A stretch of DNA of 64,000 nucleotides from the NCBI GenBank assembly GCA_040255845.1, contig JBDZVU010000005.1:9301-73300 (forward strand), given 5' to 3'. Positions 59,822 to 64,000 of this stretch are shown here, in pieces; position 1 is the stretch's first letter, and every line of letters starts with the position of its first letter. The DNA comes from Nitrospiraceae bacterium. Its GTDB lineage: Bacteria; Nitrospirota; Nitrospiria; Nitrospirales; Nitrospiraceae. The translations under genes were made by a program, and so were the position numbers. Under the pieces are notes generated by a model that was given only the letters and a program-made list of their open reading frames with translations, was not told where the DNA came from and searched no databases.

Positions 59822-60819
59822 AGGCGGCGAGGCTTCAGGTATGGGGTGCCGTCACCGGCCTGATCGGGCTCTGGGCCATGGCGGCGGGCGGATGCGCCAG
59901 CGAGCAGCAGAAGAAGGGCCAAGAGCTGTACACCCACTACTGCATGCATTGCCATGGCGAAAGCGGGCGGCAAAACGAGGGCTTCAATTGGTCTTCGATG
60001 CCTGATCCGAAGCCCAAAGATCTGTCCAACAAGTCCGAGATGGGCACCTTCAATGATGAGGAAATCTTCAATACCATCTCGCGCGACATGAAGGATACCA
60101 GCCCCGACGGGGACAAGATTGGCGACGACGAATTCGCCGTTCCCACCATGCCGACCTTTAAGTACACCCTGTCAGAAGAGGAGATCTGGGCCATCGTCGC
60201 GCATGTGCGCAGCCTGCATGGGATGAAGCTCCAGTTCAACGTCGAAGGCCGAAAGAAGGAGCTGGAAGAAGCGCACCAGGCGGCGCAACGAAAGTTCGAG
60301 GAAGCGAAGCAGGCCTACGAAGCCGCCGAAAAGAAAGCCAGCGATGAAGCCGATGCGAAAGGCGTCGAAGTGGATGAGTCCGTCTATGCCAAGGAGCAGG
60401 CGACGATGGTCGCGGCCAAGAAAGAGCTGGATGCGTCCCAAGCGGCACTCGTGAATTTCTCCACGCGTCCCGGCAAGGGCGTGACCGTGCCGAGACCCGA
60501 ACTCACGTTGGCGGCCGACCAGGTGGCGAAGCAGGCGGAGTTGGGGAAGCGTCTCTACACCAACAAATATGGGTGCAACGGGTGCCATGCGATCGGGGGA
60601 GAAGGCGGCAAAGTCGGGCCGGCCTTGGACCGCGCGGGTTTCCGGCTCAACCCCACCTGGGTCTATCGCTGGATCAAGAATCCTCAAGCCATGAAACCGG
60701 AGACCCGCATGCCAGCCTTGGGGCTGAGCGACGCCGATGCGAAGGCCGTCACCATGTATCTGGGCACCCTGAACGCGGTGAAGACCGAGGAAGCGGCCGT
60801 CGACCAGCCGGCCAGCTGA
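59818..60819 (+). CDS. Diheme c-type cytochrome lipoprotein with a central coiled coil
   Basis: Lipobox MAAGGC. Heme sites CMHCH and CNGCH. ATGA overlap with the preceding gene. The ORF-track N-terminal extension (from 59530) is rejected. Confidence 0.8.
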   Translation: MKAARLQVWGAVTGLIGLWAMAAGGCASEQQKKGQELYTHYCMHCHGESGRQNEGFNWSSMPDPKPKDLSNKSEMGTFNDEEIFNTISRDMKDTSPDGDKIGDDEFAVPTMPTFKYTLSEEEIWAIVAHVRSLHGMKLQFNVEGRKKELEEAHQAAQRKFEEAKQAYEAAEKKASDEADAKGVEVDESVYAKEQATMVAAKKELDASQAALVNFSTRPGKGVTVPRPELTLAADQVAKQAELGKRLYTNKYGCNGCHAIGGEGGKVGPALDRAGFRLNPTWVYRWIKNPQAMKPETRMPALGLSDADAKAVTMYLGTLNAVKTEEAAVDQPAS

Positions 60820-60844
60820 CAACTCTTCCTCTTTCTGTGCTGTC

Positions 60845-60875
60845 CGCCCGGCCGGCCCCCCTCGCTGGCCGGGCG
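60845..60875. other. GC-rich hairpin between convergent genes (possible T-tract-less bidirectional terminator)
   Basis: 9-bp stem CGCCCGGCC/GGCCGGGCG (60845-60853 / 60867-60875) with a 13-nt loop. Confidence 0.4.
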
Positions 60876-60889
60876 TGACGTGGCCGACC

Positions 60890-61777
60890 TCACCAATACC
60901 CTGCAATCACCCCCAGCAAGATCGCGCACCCATACCAGACGTGGGATCGGAACATCGTAAAGGCCTGGGTGGCATCGACAGGCCGTCGCAGTCGTAGGCT
61001 TTGCCGGGCGAAAAGGACGGCAACGGCCGACAGCATCGCGTAAAAGGGCCACCCGATTTCCATTTGCCGTCCGGCTTCGGTCAGCAAGACCAGCATGGCG
61101 GTGAGCGCGGCCAAGACGGCCAGCCACGTCCAGGACCCGAAGAGCAGGGCCGAAGATTTCACGCCGATCCGGCGATCATCTTCCCGATCCTGGAGCGCGT
61201 AGATCGTATCGTATGCCACCGCCCACAGGACGGTCGCGCCGAACAGGAGCCAGGCCGGTGTCTCCAGCCTGCCCCGGACCGCAGTCCACGCCATCACCGT
61301 GCCCCATCCAAACGCCAGACCGAGCATGGCTTGTGGAATATCGAGCCACCGTTTCGAAAACGGATAGAGCCAGGCAAGAACGACCGCAACGGGAGCCAAC
61401 ATCCACACGGAGCGGTCAAGCAACAGCACCAGACCCGCAGCCGCAACGAGCAGGACGGCCAGCAGAGCGGCTGCCAGCCTGGCTGATACGGCTCCGGATG
61501 CCAACGGGCGTGATTTGGTTCGTGAGACTTGACGATCGAAGGATCGGTCGGCAAGGTCGTTCACGATCACCCCGGCGCTCCGCATGAGGAAGGACCCGAC
61601 CAGGAAAATGGCGATGAGCGACGGCGCCGGAGTGCCCTGTGCCGCGAGGCTCAATGCCCAGAGCGAGGGCAGCAAGAGCAGCGCGGTGCCGGTTTGGCTC
61701 CGAAGCCGAATGAGGTCGGCGAGCGCGGTCCAGGGGATGCCTCCCTCCCGGCCTCTCGCCGATGGAGAAATCGCCAT
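60890..61777 (-). CDS. ubiA: UbiA-family aromatic prenyltransferase (4-hydroxybenzoate polyprenyltransferase-like; a quinone-pathway MqnP-type role is possible)
   Basis: Motif NDLADRSFDRQVSRTKSRPLASG and a second Asp-rich motif YALQDREDDRRIG. Eight to nine TM helices. ATG 61777 chosen over the 384-aa ORF. Confidence 0.75.
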   Translation of the reverse strand: MAISPSARGREGGIPWTALADLIRLRSQTGTALLLLPSLWALSLAAQGTPAPSLIAIFLVGSFLMRSAGVIVNDLADRSFDRQVSRTKSRPLASGAVSARLAAALLAVLLVAAAGLVLLLDRSVWMLAPVAVVLAWLYPFSKRWLDIPQAMLGLAFGWGTVMAWTAVRGRLETPAWLLFGATVLWAVAYDTIYALQDREDDRRIGVKSSALLFGSWTWLAVLAALTAMLVLLTEAGRQMEIGWPFYAMLSAVAVLFARQSLRLRRPVDATQAFTMFRSHVWYGCAILLGVIAGYW

Positions 61778-61826
61778 TGGCGTGTGACCATAGCGAAGGG
61801 GGTCTCTGCTGTCAAATTCGCGCGTT

Positions 61827-63890
61827 GTGCTGCCTTTCGGTATTCGGTATAACCTGAACGTGCAAGCAGTTGCTTCAGCCTGCGTTCGTAATGCGACTCC
61901 GCGCGTTCTCCTGTGTGCGGCGGGCGTTTTGGCTGTCGTGCTTGGTGGGTGCGCGGTATGGAAGCGTGGCGACCCTCTGGCTCGCGAGACCCCTCTGCCT
62001 CTGGCACCGGTGCTTCGCCTGGCGCCGTCCGTCACGAATGGCACGGTGCCTTACCAAAATGCCTGTGGACAACCGGCGGACTTTCCCGTGGCCGGCCCCC
62101 TGTCTGAGGCCCTTCCCAAGAAACTGGGGCGGGTTCTGACCGGCCTGTCTTTAGAAACCGGACCGTCCGCCCCCGTCCCGCCGGACGGCGTCGTCGAGGT
62201 TGCGCTTGGCGTCGGGCAGATCGATCTGGCCATTCCCCGTCAGGTGGCGAGGAGCTATCCCGTCAGCGTGGCCATCGGGTTGGACCTGACCTATCGAGCT
62301 GAGGACGGGACCGTTCTCTTCAGCAAGAAATTGCAGAGTGTAGGTCGTGGCGAAGTCCAGGTGACTCAACAGACCTGCGACGTGACGGGACTCGAGCCGG
62401 TCGTCCGCGAAGCGGTCGACTTGGCCAGCGAAGGTCTTGCCAAACATGTCGCCGAATCCGTCAAGCTGCGCGAATACGCCGAGCGGCGCCCTTCCATGCC
62501 CGCGGGGCCGGCCGCTCCGACCGAAGGTGCGGCGGCGCCTGCTGCGAGTGCCGCGCCAGTCCCAGTTCCAGTCCCTGTTCCACCGGCGTCCGCTTCCGTC
62601 GCGACGGCGGCCGAACAGGAGGCGGCCACCGCGCTGAGCTTCCGCGCCATCATTCGGGACGAGAATCGAGATCAGATCATCCAGCAGGGCGAATCGCTGA
62701 CGATCGAAGTGGAAGTGAAGAATGAGGGCGCTGTGGGGGCCAAAGGCGTGGAAGTCGACGTAAGCGGAACGGCCGCGCTTGTGGGGCAACTCCCGCCGGT
62801 CTTGTCTTTCGGCGATCTCGCGGCAGGGGAACTCAAACGAGTGACCAGCACGGCGCAGGCGTCGGCGATCAACGAGCCGGTCCAGGCTGAACTCACGCTG
62901 GCGCTGCGCAGCACGACGCCCGTCGCGGCCCTCCCCCCGCCTAAAAAGTTCACCATGGCCATGAAGCCTGAACGGGCCTCGGTCGACGATGCCGCGCCGG
63001 ACGTCGACCTTCCGCCCAAGTCGGCCGGGCTCAAACAACCCAAAGCGCTGATTGTTTCGATCGGAGTCGGCCGGTACCGCGACGGCGACGTGCCCTCGGT
63101 CAAGTACGCGGGCCGCGACGCCGAAATTATGGCCGGCTACCTGCGCGCCATCAGTGGCGTGTCTGAGGACCGCACCCGGGTGTTGATCGACAACTATGCG
63201 TTGAAGGACGACGTGGCCGAGACGTTCGAAGAGTGGCTGCCCAAGCGGGTCGATCCTGCGACGGTGGTCTATGTGTTCTTCTCGGGCCGCGCCGTCGTGG
63301 ACGGCGTCACAGGGGCGGTCTCACTGGTGCCGTTCGACGGCTCCACTGGAGCGGTCCATCGTCTGTATTCGGTCCGGCGCCTCCAGGAGAGTCTGGTGCG
63401 CGCCTCGGTGCGGCGGGCCATTCTCATGTTCGACGTGTCACTCGAGCCTTCGCCTGGAGTGACCCCGGAGGCGAGTGCGCGACCGGTATGGGATTCCACC
63501 AACGGCGAGCGCAAAGATCAAATTATGTGGATGGTGGCCCACAAGGGGCTACAGGAAGCCCATGCGTATGAACCGGGCCGGCACGGACTGTTCACCTATC
63601 ATCTCCTGCGAGGCCTGCAGGGCTTGGCTGACGTGGATCACGACGGCACGGTCGTCGCCGGCGAGCTCTGCACCTATGCCCGCAACCATACCAATCGCGT
63701 CGCCAGGGAACAGTTCGGCAATGAGCAGGATCCGATCTGCCTACCGCCGACGGGACAAGGGGCGATGGTGCGAATCCATCCGATGGCGAAGGGCAACAAT
63801 CCGAAGCCGGCGGTCACGAAGAAGGAAGAGCCCAGCTCCCGGGCATCCACGTCTGCACCGGCCGGTGTCGGCCCCGGCCCGACGCCGTAG
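61827..63890 (+). CDS. Lipoprotein with CARDB-like Ig domain and a caspase (peptidase C14) fold lacking the His/Cys dyad
   Basis: Lipobox VLGGC, PVPVPVPVPP linker, CARDB-like LTIEVEVKNEGAVGAKGVEVDV, caspase p20 pattern ALIVSIGVGRY...VYVFFSGRAV...ILMFDVSLEP, EF-hand-like DVDHDGTVVAGEL. Confidence 0.7.
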   Translation: MLPFGIRYNLNVQAVASACVRNATPRVLLCAAGVLAVVLGGCAVWKRGDPLARETPLPLAPVLRLAPSVTNGTVPYQNACGQPADFPVAGPLSEALPKKLGRVLTGLSLETGPSAPVPPDGVVEVALGVGQIDLAIPRQVARSYPVSVAIGLDLTYRAEDGTVLFSKKLQSVGRGEVQVTQQTCDVTGLEPVVREAVDLASEGLAKHVAESVKLREYAERRPSMPAGPAAPTEGAAAPAASAAPVPVPVPVPPASASVATAAEQEAATALSFRAIIRDENRDQIIQQGESLTIEVEVKNEGAVGAKGVEVDVSGTAALVGQLPPVLSFGDLAAGELKRVTSTAQASAINEPVQAELTLALRSTTPVAALPPPKKFTMAMKPERASVDDAAPDVDLPPKSAGLKQPKALIVSIGVGRYRDGDVPSVKYAGRDAEIMAGYLRAISGVSEDRTRVLIDNYALKDDVAETFEEWLPKRVDPATVVYVFFSGRAVVDGVTGAVSLVPFDGSTGAVHRLYSVRRLQESLVRASVRRAILMFDVSLEPSPGVTPEASARPVWDSTNGERKDQIMWMVAHKGLQEAHAYEPGRHGLFTYHLLRGLQGLADVDHDGTVVAGELCTYARNHTNRVAREQFGNEQDPICLPPTGQGAMVRIHPMAKGNNPKPAVTKKEEPSSRASTSAPAGVGPGPTP

Positions 63891-64000
63891 GCGTCAACGC
63901 TTCGTTGACAGTCAACACAGCGGCCGGTATCATGGCCCCCTGGCGCAGTAACGGTCCCTCCAGAAACTGCTCCATTCCCGCCAAGAGGATGCCGGCGTAG

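Noticed and set aside
61778-62044. N-terminal 89-aa extension of the UbiA ORF. Similar extensions occur on metK (19944-20075), mlaF (39927-40121) and bd-like 2 (55548-55655).
   Set aside because: The extensions are Arg/Pro-rich, lack homology to the families and often overlap neighbouring genes or promoters. Internal ATGs give canonical N-termini.
63891-63915. Hairpin GTCAAC-gcttc-GTTGAC followed by a third GTCAAC after the caspase-like gene
   Set aside because: The stem is short (6 bp), there is no T-tract and it lies at the window edge. It cannot be interpreted without downstream sequence.

Overview
High-GC (about 60%) bacterial chromosomal segment. Its gene content closely matches what I recall of Nitrospira (Nitrospirota) nitrite oxidisers; this is inferred from gene content alone, with no database search. 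About 55 protein genes and one tRNA are supported. No rRNA, CRISPR array, transposase or prophage signal was seen. Content, left to right: (1) the 3' end of mutM. (2) A contiguous reductive-TCA block: aclB-aclA, aconitase, monomeric IDH, an atypical anchor-less FrdB/FrdA-like pair, and sucC-sucD. (3) A small accessory patch: secreted MBL-fold hydrolase, DUF72, ferritin-like/VIT1 iron transporter, an untracked 41-aa Cys/His-rich membrane micro-ORF, and a cyclase-family protein. (4) The methyl-cycle genes metK and ahcY. (5) A complete System II cytochrome c maturation cluster: ccsB, ccsA, two TlpA-like thioredoxins, ccdA. (6) A BamD-like lipoprotein and fabH. (7) A phosphate module: DUF47/PhoU-like, Pit, PhoR, PhoB, with a Pho-box-like triple repeat. 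(8) An isoprenoid/hopanoid supercluster: ispH, smc, shc, hpnG, dxs, ispG, tRNA-Cys, hpnH. An MlaEFDC lipid transporter plus a POTRA-less Omp85 barrel is embedded in it and is translationally coupled to hpnG. (9) The most interesting part: an 11-gene same-strand respiratory cluster at 49.3-60.8 kb. It combines two CydB-less cytochrome bd-like proteins, a Rieske/cytochrome b module, five c-type cytochromes (six CxxCH sites), an orphan polytopic membrane protein with an HPHECC motif, and a membrane-anchored NxrC/EbdC-like heme b domain protein. (10) A UbiA-family prenyltransferase and a lipoprotein with a caspase-like domain whose catalytic His/Cys positions read Arg/Ser. Start codons were chosen by eye from RBS and N-terminal motifs and may be off by some codons. 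All family assignments rest on motifs visible in the translations.
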